64,000 bases of DNA. Source: Octopus bimaculoides. Taxonomy: Eukaryota. The stretch is taken from NCBI RefSeq assembly GCF_001194135.2, contig NC_068991.1, positions 7,291,988 through 7,355,987 of the forward strand, in the 5' to 3' direction. This document shows, in pieces, positions 41,001-52,119 of this stretch (the first letter of the stretch is position 1; the number at the start of each line of letters is the position of its first letter). The notes under the pieces were generated by a model, which saw only the letters and a list, made by a program, of their open reading frames with translations, ran no database searches and was not told where the DNA came from. Position numbers and translations under genes: made by a program.

Positions 41001-42308
41001 TTAGCGGTATTTTGTCTGTCTTTAGGTTCTGAGTTCAAATTCCGGCGAGGTCAACTTTGCCTTTCATCCTTTCGTGGTTGATGAATTAAGTACCAGTTGC
41101 GTACTAGAATCAATCTAATCGACTGGCCCCCTCCCCAAGAATTTTGGGCCTTGTGCCTAGAGTAGAAAAGAATATATTACTGTATATTCAAAAGCAATGA
41201 GCTAGCAGAATCCTTTGCATCCTTTCAGGGTCGATAACTTAAGTACCAGTTACACACTGGGATTGATGTAATCGACTTAATACCTTTGTCTGTCCTTGTT
41301 TGTCCCCTCTATGTTTAGCCCCTTGTGGGCAATAAAGAAATAAGAATCCTTTGCATGCCAGGAAAAATGCTTTGCAGCATTTTGTCTGTCCTTTGTTCAG
41401 AGTTCAAATTCCATTGAGGTCCACTTTGTCTTTCATTTTTTCGGGATTGATAAAATAAGTACCAGTTGAGCACTGGGGTTGGTGTAATCGACTTACCCTC
41501 TCCCCCAAAGTTGCCGGCCTTGTGCCAAAATTTGACCTTACTGACTGGTCCTTGTGCCAGTGGCACGTAAAAGCACCCACTACACTCTCGGAGTGGTTGG
41601 TGTTAGAAAGGACATCCAGCTGTAGAAACTCTGCCAGATCAGATTGGAGCCTGGTGCAGCCATCTGGTTCGCCAGTCCTCAGTCAAATCGTCCAACCCAT
41701 GCTAGCATGGAAAGCGGACGTTAAATGAATGATGATGATATTTAAGTCTTTGCTCTCAGTGAAATTTGTAAAGATTAAGTCAAATTTTTAGTTATTTATT
41801 TTTTTGAGTGGGGGATTTATATTTTACTGTGATGTTGGGTGAATTTCATTCTTTTTCTTCTTGGCACTTTATCATCATATGCCTGAAAAGAGATAAAATT
41901 TATTCAATTTTTTCAAAAAAGAATCAATCAAAAATTGTAGAGGGAGATGTAATGCTTATTTGTTCACATTGCTTTGAATTAATCATGCATTATCTCATGT
42001 CTTTGAGATTTCAATGATGTGATTGTACATTTCTAGAATGACATTGTATGGTTGGTGTTTAATCTACAATCATTATTTCAAGACTCCTGATAATAGGAAT
42101 TATATTTTTCAGGAAACCTGAGAGGACAGTTAATGGTAAAATCCGAGTTACAGTCAAAGTTGCCGGTAAAGGTGTTTATAATGGTGTCGGACGGAATTAT
42201 CGCATTGCAAAGAGTGCTGCTGCCAAAAAAGCTTTGAGAATCCTTAAAACTATGCAATCACAAGGCTTCATTGCTCAACTATCAAATGAAAAGATGATGC
42301 AGGGATAA
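20029..42308 (+). CDS. DICER1: Endoribonuclease Dicer (helicase, DUF283, platform/PAZ, RNase IIIa, RNase IIIb, dsRBD), ~2402 aa
   Basis: 17 coding exons: 20029-20124, 20449-20617, 21361-21614, 22587-23735, 24501-24602, 24948-25126, 26799-26940, 27511-27586, 28201-28388, 29891-30070, 31096-31309, 32181-35728, 36282-36496, 38864-39119, 39798-39966, 40725-40800, 42113-42308; total 7209 nt, all GT-AG and in phase. Motifs [12 protein letters not shown] (DUF283), [20 protein letters not shown] (PAZ), [49 protein letters not shown], ds[20 protein letters not shown]. The first ATG directly follows a splice acceptor, so an upstream exon exists and could extend the N-terminus. Confidence 0.96.
20702..20743. 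other. 19-bp hairpin with 4-nt loop in Dicer intron 2
   Basis: TTGGCTATATTCCCTGTCT-TAAC-AGACAGGGAATATCGCCAA, one mismatch. Confidence 0.85.
21000..21290 (+). mobile_element. RTE-type LINE 3' tail fragment with tandem ~60-bp units and (GAT)n end
   Basis: Shares the GTGCC(A/G)GTGGCAC..AAAAAGCACC units and terminal GATGATGAC tail with 49900-50345 and 63693-64000. Further copies at ~12350-12560, 14870-15015, 24395-24460, 25380-25740, 26030-26280, 30175-30480, 41536-41740 and 50860-51075. Confidence 0.75.
21760..22115 (-). mobile_element. tRNA-derived SINE, family B copy
   Basis: Reverse complement of the 62728-63120 family. Confidence 0.8.
22330..22521 (-). mobile_element. Non-autonomous mariner relic
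   Basis: Minus strand begins TATGAGGGAATGCTGAAAAGTTCC (TIR-like) and encodes the mariner-like C-terminus [14 protein letters not shown] related partial copy lies at ~27015-27090 (shared TACAGG.GGATCAGTTAATTATGA). Confidence 0.6.
28558..28990 (+). mobile_element. SINE family B copy spanning an assembly gap
   Basis: Head GGCTGTGTGGTAAGTAGCTTGCTT before the gap; 3' part CCCGTAACTTAGCGGTTCGGCAAAAGAG...GACTGAAACAAGTAAAAGAG after it. Confidence 0.85.
28595..28841. other. Assembly gap (247 N)
   Basis: Run of N. Confidence 1.
29155..29584. mobile_element. Two head-to-tail piggyBac-type MITE copies sharing a TTAA
   Basis: Units ~29155-29368 and 29373-29584 joined by TTAA (29369-29372); CCCTTT.../...AAAGG(G) termini. 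Same family at 54326-54547 and, 5' end only, at 24116-24300. Confidence 0.7.
31802..31897 (+). other. Long fold-back hairpin (~45-bp stem) in Dicer intron 11
   Basis: Core arms 31812-31848 and 31851-31887 pair 36/37 on the + strand RNA (3 G:U, 1 A:A). The basal extension pairs to 31802/31897. Confidence 0.9.
37795..38172 (-). mobile_element. tRNA-derived SINE, family B copy
   Basis: Near-full-length reverse complement of the 62728-63120 family. Confidence 0.8.
38235..38454 (-). mobile_element. Tc1/mariner 5' relic
   Basis: TA + CAGGTGGTTTAGGCTAA terminus at 38454; minus-strand reading [28 protein letters not shown] resembles a mariner transposase HTH start. Confidence 0.5.
38505..38760 (+). 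mobile_element. tRNA-derived SINE, third family (GTTCTTGAGCAAAACACTT core)
   Basis: tRNA-like head TGGCTTAGTGGTT...GTTTGATTCCC followed by the core. Reverse copies at ~23850-24060, 27990-28130 and 50360-50530. Confidence 0.7.
40957..41170 (+). mobile_element. tRNA-derived SINE, family A, with 16-bp target-site duplication
   Basis: AAGGCAGCGAGCTGGCAGAAACGTT...GTTCTGAGTTCAAATTCC (A/B-box-like), flanked by identical AATATATTACTGTATA at 40941-40956 and 41171-41186. Many partial copies elsewhere (1-225, 2405-2560, 15240-15425, 30880-31050, 48040-48240, 60040-60160). Confidence 0.9.
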
Positions 42309-42432
42309 CCTGGATAGATTGCTAATCAAGGTACATCTGTGATTCCATAATCAGCCATACGTACCATGACATGGCTGCAGATCATTGTTTCAACTACTTG
42401 GCACCGAGTGTATGTGTATATATTTGCTTACG

Positions 42433-42433
<1 letters not shown>

Positions 42434-42465
<32 letters not shown>
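42434..42465. repeat. (TG)n microsatellite in Dicer 3' region
   Basis: Perfect TG run; a (GT)n(GA)n tract follows at ~42738-42770. Confidence 0.95.
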
Positions 42466-42466
<1 letters not shown>

Positions 42467-42737
42467 TGGAGTGTTTGGGTGCATGAGAGAGAGAAAAACA
42501 AAGTTTAATTTGTATGTAAGAAGTAATCAAGGTTTAATGTCAGATATTGAGTAGTAAGTATGTTTATGATAATGATAATTTTTAATTTATGAGTGAATCT
42601 TTGCATTTTCCTGGTTAACGACATGGATCATAGTCTTCAAATTTAAAATAGAGCTTTAATTCTAAAGAGAAAGATCTGGGATGGCTTTTAGCCTTTAAGA
42701 CTATTAAGGCATTGCTAATTTGTATTTTGAGTTTCTA

Positions 42738-42769
<32 letters not shown>

Positions 42770-43692
42770 GGTTGTCAGACTTGTGTAAAGAATTTGAAAA
42801 AAAGTTAAGTGTTTATATTGTGATTCAGAAATGATGTTTTAATTTTTTTTTTTTTCAAACACTTCGATTGCAAGACATAAATTGTAAACGTCCTTATTTA
42901 CTAACTGAATTCCAGAATTAGTGAAATGGCTCATCCATAATTGTTAATTACATTTCATATCTTCATTCTGGTTTTTCATATTCCACTGTTCATCATTGTA
43001 TCTAGATTTCTTTTGACACAAATTTGGAACTTCACTAACATTCAAAACAAACTTCTCATGCCCATTGTTTGCATACATTTATACTCAACCTTCAAAATGT
43101 GGTGTAAAAAAGTGAATAGCAAGCCGAAATTCCCTCTCTTCCTGTCTCTTTTTCTCTATTCTTCCTCTCAAATATAACTATTTATTCTTTGTTAAATATT
43201 ACAAGAAATCATACATACTTAGTCCCAATCTAATTTTATGTAACACTAAATAATGATAAAAGAAATAATACCAGATCAATTTCTGAGCAATCAGCGTATC
43301 CACTAAATAATCCTCGACTGCATACCCCATTGCTCAACAACATTTGTAACTGTTATATCCATCAGAAGTTATAACAGCATCTTCTAGTGTTACTTCCTCC
43401 AGAAACAGCATCCTGTGTGTGAAGTACAGAAATATTCTCTCTGTATTGGCTGTGAAGTTTCATCATGAGTATTTTGACAAATTGTTCTTATTTTTTCAAA
43501 ATTTTATCTAAAACTAAATCAATATTTAAATTAATCCCATGGGAAGTATTAAATAATTATCACTATTATATTGTTTAGCTTCTGTTAAGAGTTTTTGAAA
43601 TTGCAGATTTCATTTCAACAAAATACATAATTAATGTATGAAGGGAAGATTAAAATTATCAATAAAATGTGATTTGTAAGAAGTTGATTATA

Positions 43693-43920
43693 CAGGGGGG
43701 TGGGCAAAAGTAAGTATACAGTTTCTTAAAATACGAGTGGAATGTTCTGTTCCTTTCCTATTTCTGTTTTGCCCCAACAATCCATAAGTCAACTGAGGGA
43801 TCTGTGGGAAATGTCTAGTTCATTGAAAGCCCCCTTTTTATTATTTTTTTTTTATTTCTGGGGACGTTAAGTGAATGCTTCAGCCACAAGCAACTGTATA
43901 CCTACTTTTGTCTACCCCCG
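43693..43920. mobile_element. Tc1/mariner-type MITE, 228 bp, TA-flanked
   Basis: Left CAGGGGGGTGGGCAAAAGTAAGTATACAGTT; right reverse complement CGGGGGTAGACAAAAGTAGGTATACAGTT; TA at 43691-43692 and 43921-43922. Confidence 0.85.
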
Positions 43921-45230
43921 TATTATTTCAATTAAATTACAATAACTTATGATTTTACATCTTTACTATATTCTTTGCTGATTTTGTAATTCTGATTTCT
44001 TTGTTTTAGTTCCTATAGACATGTTAATTTTTCATAGTCTCTGTTAATTTATATCCTTCTATTCATACACATATTCAGTCTACCACTGTCACATACATTT
44101 CTTTCTTTTATCATATCTTCCCTTTACTTTATTATTGTTATTTTATTCTTCTTCTCCCTGTTATTTTATTTCTCTCCCCCTGTAAGTGTTGTGTATGGAC
44201 TTTGAATTGGTTAAAAAAATCTTGCTATAGCCATTATCAACTGTCTGCTGCTCAAACAAAAACCTACTGTATCCTATAATTTATATTTTTTTATTAACCT
44301 GAAAATATGTTGTAAACCAAGTACTTCCACGTTTTGTGTGATATTGTTTTGTGTAGTTTCACTAAAACCTTTTATTTCATCCATATCTCCTAATTTAGGA
44401 AGCTATCCTTTGAAAGAAATAGCTGTTACCGATTCTTTTCCTGACAGCTTATGTCACTCCATTATCTATTTGTCTGCAGATTTATAAAATGTTAAACGAT
44501 GTTGTCTTGGTAAATTCTGTGATGTTTCTGGATGTTGTACCAGATTTCCTCAAATCTAATAACCATTTTCATTTACCAGTGGTATGATATAATATTGTTG
44601 GATACCTACAAATAAAAGTTAATTTTCTTTTTCTGTTCAGAATTTTATCTCTAAAATCTTCCAACAAAGAGAAAAAGTAAATAAAATATGAAAGTTATTT
44701 CTTCTTTTCTTGTCATTTTTGGTGTAATTGTGAATATATTTATGATTTTTTTTTCCTGATTCATTTTTAATATTTGTTTGTTCCAAAGCTCAAAATTGAG
44801 TAGTGATATTTTACGAAAAAGTATAATTTAAAAATAACTCTTTGTTGAATTTTATTTATGTTGTTCATTTCAAGTTGTTGTTTTTCTTTATTTGCTGAAC
44901 CAATATTCCAAAATAATTGCACTCCAAATCTTTTATTTGCTTTCTTATCTTTGTATTTCTTTAAATATATATTTAAAATTAAAATACCATTACTGTTGTT
45001 GGTATGACCTTCAAAACAATATTTTCTACACATTGTTCTCTTCCAATACGTATTTATGAAATATTTCTTTCATCTACTCCAAGATTATTCATCTGCTAGT
45101 TTTGTGGACATCATTTTTTTTCTTAGTTGATTTATTTTAGTGAACTTCAGAGTTGCTAGTCAATGTGAGAAAAACTCATTTTGGTTTTAAAGTATTTTAA
45201 CTAAATTTCCAATAACTTGCATTGAAGCTC

Positions 45231-45645
45231 CTAACAGAATAGTGCTTTTATGAAAAGAATTTTTTTTTTTAAATGTGTGGAGGTAGTTAAGAGAGACTTT
45301 AAGCCAGTCTCATATAGTTCTATATCATGTTTTGTACAATCCACTATATGAGGAAAGGAGGAAAAGGTTATATATATATATTTATATATATAATGTATGT
45401 ATACACATGCATATTTGTCAGTGGTATCATCTTTATAAACAACCTGTAGCATCCTGTGGATATTGGACAGCCTATACCCTTCTTTCATCAGGAACTTTAC
45501 TTTTGCTGTCAATAAAAAAAAAAAGAAGAGAAAGAATATTTTCTGTAAAGTAAGTTACCCTACCAACATGTGCAATTTGAATGCTCCATGTCTCTTAACA
45601 AGAATTACATTCACATCAACATTAGTTTTATTATAAACCTCACAT
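45231..45645 (-). mobile_element. Mariner transposase 5' relic
   Basis: Minus translation AKVKFLMKEGYRLSNIHRMLQVVYKDDTTDK resembles the mariner N-terminal HTH; TIR-like TGTGAGGTTTATAATAAAACTAAT near 45620-45645. Confidence 0.5.
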
Positions 45646-46397
45646 ACACACACACACACACTGCAAATAAAAATATTGAAAATCACCTTTATATTTAAAG
45701 ATCTTTTTGAAGACCACAGCATTTTCATTTAAAGTAATATAATGATTTTTTTCCAATACTTTCTTAGTTGTACAGTTTTATTGTATGTAATAGGTCATAT
45801 ATTTTAAATTAACATAGACTGTCAAACAGCGGGGAACATTGAAAATTTGATGATAATCTTATGCAAATTGTACTGTTCTGATTTTTACCTGCTTACAAGT
45901 TGTTCTCTTCAATCTATCATCTAAATTATTATAAACCTTATAAATAAAGATTTCTCTTTATTGTTTTTCATTATTGTGGCAGAGTGACAGAAATAACAGA
46001 GTGCACTTTTAGTTCTGTTGATCTATGTTCATGTACTACCTTTTATCCTTCCAGGATAAAAAAAAAATGTTAAGTCAAGTACAGATTACATTAGAACCAA
46101 CTCTACTACTCTCTATAGACTCATTGGTCTTCACAAATAATTGTTGATAGGAAGGATTTCTTACATTGGAACGTTGCTATAAATTTATGAAGAAGAATAG
46201 AGAATAGTTGATTGAATCAACCTCAGTATATGACTGGTAGCTATTTTATTGATTAATAATGATTGTAGTCCTAATTATAATCCTAATTTACCACTCGTTT
46301 GCATTTTATCGATGTACTGTTTTAAAGTTCTACTGAGCAAACGCTGTGTGTGTGATGTTTAGTGTGGAAGAAAGTCAAATCAATAGGAGAGACTAAT

Positions 46398-46499
46398 ATT
46401 TTATTTTGGTTGAGTCAGTCTTTTGCTACACTGAGTTTCATGTGCAGGAGCACAGATGAAATTCAGAGTAGCATGAGAAGGACTCAACCAAAATAAAAT
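46398..46499. other. 102-nt fold-back hairpin
   Basis: Perfect 19-bp basal stem (46398-46416/46481-46499), then imperfect 7 bp, TGCTAC/GTAGCA, CTGAGTTTCAT/ATGAAATTCAG and apical GTGC-AGGA-GCAC. Confidence 0.85.
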
Positions 46500-46700
46500 G
46501 AAACTATATACATTTTACCTAGATTGGGTGTTGTGAGTGTTTTTGGAGCGAAAACACCTAAAGCTCCACAAGGTTCCAGCAGGGGATGGTGGCGAACCCT
46601 GCTGTACTCTTTCACCGCAACTTTCTCTCACTCTTCCTTCCTGTTTCTATTGTGCCTGTAATTCAAAGGGTCAGCCTTGTCGTTCTGTGTCACGCTGAAT

Positions 46701-47350
46701 CATCATCATCATCATCATCGTTTAACGTCCGCTTTCCATGCTAGCATGGGTTGGACGATTTGACTGAGGACTGGTGAAACCGGATGGCAACACCAGGCTC
46801 CAGTCTGATTTGGCAGAGTTTCTACAGCTGGATGCCCTTCCTAACGCCAACCACTCAGAGAGTGTAGTGGGTGCTTTTACGTGTCNNNNNNNNNNNNNNN
46901 NNNNNNNNNNNNNNNNNNNNNNNNNNNNNNNNNNNNNNNNNNNNNNNNNNNNNNNNNNNNNNNNNNNNNNNNNNNNNNNNNNNNNNNNNNNNNNNNNNNN
47001 NNNNNNNNNNNNNNNNNNNNNNNNNNNNNNNNNNNNNNNNNNNNNNNNNGTAGTCATCGCCTCGGTGAGGCCCAATGTACGAAGGTCTTGCCTCACCACC
47101 TCAGCCCAGGTCTTCCTGGGCCTACCTCTTCCACGGGTTCCCTCAACTGTTAGGGTGTGGCACTTTTTCACGCAGCTATCCTCCTCCATTCTCACCACAT
47201 GTCCATACCAGCGCAATCGTCTCTCTTGCACGCCACAACTGATGCTTCTAATGTTCAGCTTTTCTCTCAAGATACTTACACTCTGACGGGTATTCACATT
47301 GACATTACACATCCAACGGAGCATACTGGCTTCATTCCTTGCGAGCTTAC
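46701..47350 (-). mobile_element. 5'-truncated RTE-clade LINE (ORF2 C-terminus + 3' UTR + (GAT)n tail)
   Basis: LRWMCNV...RRLRWYGHVVRMEEDSCVKKCHTLTVEGTRGRGRPRKTWAEVVRQDL is the typical RTE RT C-terminal region; 3' UTR and microsatellite tail at 46701-46885. Confidence 0.93.
46886..47049. other. Assembly gap (164 N)
   Basis: Run of N. Confidence 1.
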
Positions 47351-47507
47351 GAGCTTACGTATGTCCCTGAATATCCCTGAAAATTACGTTAAGGGTACAC
47401 GTGTCTGTGGAGTGCTCAGCCACTTGCACATTAATTTCACGAGCAGGCTGTTCCATTGATTGGATCAACTGGAACCCTCATTGTCATAACTGACAGAGTG
47501 CCACGTA

Positions 47508-47539
<32 letters not shown>

Positions 47540-49899
47540 ATATAATTATGAATATGAGGAAGATATAGTAGTTCTCAAAACAGATTTTTTAAAAACCATT
47601 GGCTACCGTTGTTTAATATCTTATGTATTAAGTACAGTTAATACAGAATCGTTAAAAATATAAATTCTGTAGACGGATGGGTTTTCTATGTGTGTCAGAT
47701 GACAAAGGATTGCAATAAGAGATGACAATTTGTAAACCCATCCAACCTTTGCCCACTTGGAAAAACCTGACGTAAAATGATGCTGATATTATACCAACAA
47801 AATTACTTTGCCCTAGAAAGAGATAATGTAAACAGATTAGATTTTGACTTAATTTTGCTATTTATACTTTACAAAAGTTTTTTTTTTGTTTTACATTATC
47901 TTTGGAGTGGAGGAAAGGGTTATGCTCATGACTTTTGAAGTCCCTCTGAGACATTGAGATCCAATTGGTTAACAGTTTTAGCTACTATTTGTTGTTTAAC
48001 TTCATGTCACCCTTGATCCAGCAGTGGTGGGTTGACAAAATCATTAGTGCATTGGATCAACTACCAAGCAGCATTTCTCCTGACATGTCATGTTCTGAGT
48101 TCAAATGTCGCCTAAATCGACTTTGACTTCCATCTTTTTAGGTTTGACAAAATAAGTACCAGTTGAGACTGGTACTTATTTTATGTGACAACTAACCCTT
48201 TCCCCTAAAATTACTGGCCTTATGCCAAAATTTGAAATCGTGAATCAGTCGACCTGTGATCAATCATGACCACCTTATGAAACACTACATTATTTAATGT
48301 CTTTTCCCTGTATTTGGCTGCTAGTTCTAGCAGGCTGGGCAGCCACATAGAGGTTCCATCATTGGCTTGAGCTTCTCTTAGTGTTTCCTGATGGTACTTA
48401 ACAAGTTCTTGAAAATAAGCTGATGATTACATGAATGTCCCTTGTTTATAAGTACCCCAACCTATTGGATTAAATTGCCCATGTCCAGTCCACTGCAGGA
48501 CAGAGGCTTCAGCATATTCTCTCCACCAGAGAATGGCTTGGGATCAAACTGGTTTGATGAACTTACTCTGCCACTCTGGTTTGACATAGTTTGGCAGAAG
48601 GGTACAGGTTTCTCTCTCTGTACGCATACCCAGGAGAAGTTAAGTTGATTACATCGACCCCAGTGCTCAAAAGAATGAAAAGCAGGGTTGATCTTGCTGG
48701 AATTCAAACTCAGAACATAAAGACGGATGAAATACTGCCAAGCATTTACACCTAGGATGGTAACGTTTCTGGCAGCCTATTAAGGAAATCAATTGAAACA
48801 GAATTAGAACAGTGTTTTTAATAATTTAAATTACATGAGGTGAAGGCATGTGCCCTAATTGTTAGTGTTATACTCAAATCACAGTTTTAGTTTTCAGACT
48901 GGTGGTGCATTCTGATCTTGAGAAAACCACTTTGTTGCTATTATGTTAAACTATCGTATGTACAAATTTGGCTAAATGTGTTTTTTTTTTTTTTTTCAAT
49001 ATTTAATTTTGCTTGCAATAGCTGGTTATTTTGGTCAAACTATCGTCTCTCCAGCTGCTTCAGATGCCAAGATTTGAAAATTACCAGCTCCTTGAAAACC
49101 AGTGTTGGTCTGTTCAAAGCCCATTTTATATATAATATATATATATATAAGAGGTTTTCACTCAGTTTCCGTTTACAAAATTCACTCACAAAGCATTAAT
49201 TGACCCAGAGTTATAGCAGAAAACATTTGCCCAAGATGATATGCAGTGGGGTCACATAGTTGCAAAGCAAGCTTCTAAACCATACAGCCATTCTTGCTCC
49301 TATCAATGAGAAAAAGATTTTAGATGCATTAAGTGTTAGCTTTACTAGTTTTTAATTTATAACTAAAATTCCTTAGCATTGTTTCTTTTATTATATTCTC
49401 CAAAATGTTTCTGTTACTGTCTCTGGATTGTGTCCTCTCATTATTATCAACAGTACTTATAATCATTAAATTTAGTGTTAAGCTCAATGGTTTCCTATTT
49501 CTATATCTCTGTAAACTCATTAAAACAAAGATAAAAGCAGATTTGTATGATTGCGTGTCTCTACGAATGATAGTTCTTTTTTTTTCACATATAAAGAAAT
49601 TTTCTCCATTTTCATCTCAATCTACATGCCACAAAACTGAATTCCAGCCTGGCAGAAGATAGCATCTCTAACATTATAACTTCAAATACTATTCACCAGT
49701 GAAACATGAATTGGAATGTATTGCATTAGAGCCCATTGTCCATTTTGTTATTGAACAAATAAAGAAGTAAAAATTGTGAGCATCTTTATGTTCACTCATT
49801 TGTTAATTTTTTTTTTTTTTAAATTAGTAACAAAGCCAAATATTGTTTAGTAAGAACCTGATTGCGAAGACCTGTTGGGGCAAGTGAAATCGAAATCGT

Positions 49900-50345
49900 G
49901 ATGGCACCTGTACCAGTGGAGCGCTAAGAACACTGTCCGAACGTGATCGTTGCCAGAGCAGCTGTCTGGCTTCCGTGCCAGTGGCACGTAGATAGCACCA
50001 TTTGTGCGTGATCGTTACCAGCGTCGCCTTCCCGGTACTTGTACCAGTGGCACGTGAAAAGACATTCAAGCGAGGTTGTTGCCAGTGCCGCTGGACTGGC
50101 GCCTGTGCAGGTGTCACATAAAATACACCATTTTGAGCGTGGCCGTTGCCAGTACCACCTGACTGGCCTTCGTGCCGCTGGCACGTAATAGCACCCACTA
50201 CACTCTCGGAGTGGTTGGCGTTAGGAAGGGCATCCAGATGTAGAAACACTGCCAGATCAGACTGGAGCCTGGTGCAGCCTCCTGGCTCACCAGTCCTCAG
50301 TCAAATCGTCCAACCCATGGAAAGCTGACGTTAAATGATGATGAT
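49900..50345 (+). mobile_element. RTE LINE 3' UTR copy with 4-5 tandem hairpin units
   Basis: Ends ...GGAAAGCTGACGTTAAATGATGATGAT; the distal part matches the reverse complement of 46719-46885. Confidence 0.85.
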
Positions 50346-51097
50346 ATATATATATATATTCCCCCTGGATGGGATGCTGGTTCATCACAGGATTACTCAT
50401 TTTTGCCTGTTGAGTGGACTGGAACAACATGAAATGAAGTGTTTTGCTCAAGAACACAATGCATCGTCCAGTCCAAGAGTCAAAACCATAATCTTAGAAT
50501 CGCGAGTGCAACACCCTGACCCCTAAACCACATACCCCCATGCTGTACTCTCACTCTCGTACTGTATAGTGTGTTCTATTTATTGTTTCTATAACAAAGA
50601 GATATTTTTGTTGGTTGACAAAACAACAAAATATTTATTTTATTATTTACAAAAAAAGATGTCATGACAAATGACAGGAAAGAAATATTTACACCAAGAG
50701 AGTCAGTTTTAATGTGTGTCAGCAGTGATAGTGGATTGTTGAAGCCATTGAACTTTGTAATCAAAGTTGAGAGGTGTAACTTCCTCTAACTTGTTGACTT
50801 TATTTGTTTCACAACCACTGGTCAGTTACCAGATAAACCATTTATATATATATAGTCAAGTAAAAAGCACCATCCGAACGTGGTCGATGCCTGGTTCCTG
50901 TGCCGGTGGCACGTAAAAAGCACCATCCGATCATGGCTGATACCAGTGCCCCCTGACTGGCTCCTGTGCCGGTGGCATGTAAAAAGCACTATCCGAATGT
51001 GATTGATGCCAGGGCCGCCTGACTCGCTCCTGTGCTAGCATGGAAAACGTACGTTAAACGATGATGATGATGATATATATATGTGTGTGTATGTATG

Positions 51098-51137
<40 letters not shown>

Positions 51138-51240
51138 ATAATGTAGAAATAATTTTTTTAGAGTGTGCTTTTTGGGGACTTATTGAAACACTGACTAATT
51201 ATATATGCTTTATATATACTTAGAAGGTTGTTTACTATGT

Positions 51241-51318
51241 CCAGTCTAAGAGTGACCACTGGTTTTACACCTATAAAGCTCTTAACGGCATGGGTAACTC
51301 ATCAGACTCGTTAACTGG
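51241..51318 (-). ncRNA. Degenerate type I hammerhead ribozyme motif
   Basis: Minus: CCAGUUAACGAGU-CUGAUGA-[stem II, 32 nt]-AAAA-CC-AGU-GGUC/ACUCUUAGACUGG. Stem I 11/13 paired, stem III ACC/GGU, GUC triplet; conserved GAAA reads AAAA. Confidence 0.65.
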
Positions 51319-52074
51319 AAGCATCTACCTTAAGTATTACTGTTCTAATATCTTAGAGTGTGCTTCTTTTCAGATTTATGACCTACTGACCGATTATATA
51401 CATAACTCATAAACTCAACAAACACTTCGGAATTTCTGAGGTAGATCCAGTGACACTTTTATCAAAACTGTCGACGATATCAGGTAGCCTAAAAAAAAAA
51501 CACTGAAAGTTCTTTAATCAGCACACTACTAACCGTATACCCAAAGTTCAGTTAAGAGGGTGTGATTTAAACTAGATTCGGTTGCTATTTCTAGCACTAA
51601 TATATCTAGTTACTCGCTTCAATGAATGAATATGGTCGTCTGATGACTAAGATTGGGGCTTCAGACACGAACTACCACAGCCCGACACACTGCGTTCTCA
51701 TGCTACAACGATTTATTTCGTCAGGATTCTTCTTGTGTTTTAGCTCAATTTTCATCTTCGTTGCCTGCTAGACCGTTTTTCGTCCTCTCAGACTCCAAAG
51801 ATGCAGACACATCTGACACCCAACATGGCCAAAATATTATAGTTATTGCTGTTCAACTACCATCACTGACTCTCGTTCTGTTTCCATTTTTCCAATGGAT
51901 CTTTTCTGTTTGTCTTCACTTTTCAATTCCTTCAATTTTGTTCCAATTGATTTCAAATTTGGTGTATTGATGTAGTTTTGAATGCAATTAATGGAAATTA
52001 AATTCATTTTTGTCATAAATGAATAACTAAAAAGTTAATAGCTTTTGATATTTGCAAATTTTGAGTAATTTTCG

Positions 52075-52119
52075 CCAATCAGAAGCCACAGACTTCTGAT
52101 TGCCTGTTTCCATAGTAAC
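52075..52119. promoter_or_regulatory. Inverted CCAAT pair plus RFX X-box
   Basis: CAATCAGAAG-ccacaga-CTTCTGATTG (perfect 10-bp inverted repeat, 52076-52102), then GTTTCCATAGTAAC (52106-52119), which fits GTHNYY-AT-RRNAAC. Confidence 0.45.

Larger units (their letters stand above)
46505..47505. repeat. Unclassified interspersed repeat interrupted by the RTE insertion
   Basis: GC-richer halves 46505-46700 and ~47360-47505 read as one element when the RTE is removed; imperfect duplication TGTCACGCTGAAT / TGTCCCTGAAT at the junctions. Confidence 0.5.

Noticed and set aside
49900-50200. Palindromic repeat plus variable spacer pattern resembling a CRISPR array
   Set aside because: Eukaryotic context, no cas genes, spacers related to each other, and the array is part of a dispersed LINE 3' tail.
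51590-51970. CpG-richer segment with a 105-aa plus-strand ORF
   Set aside because: No recognisable protein motif on either strand; likely an old unclassified repeat.
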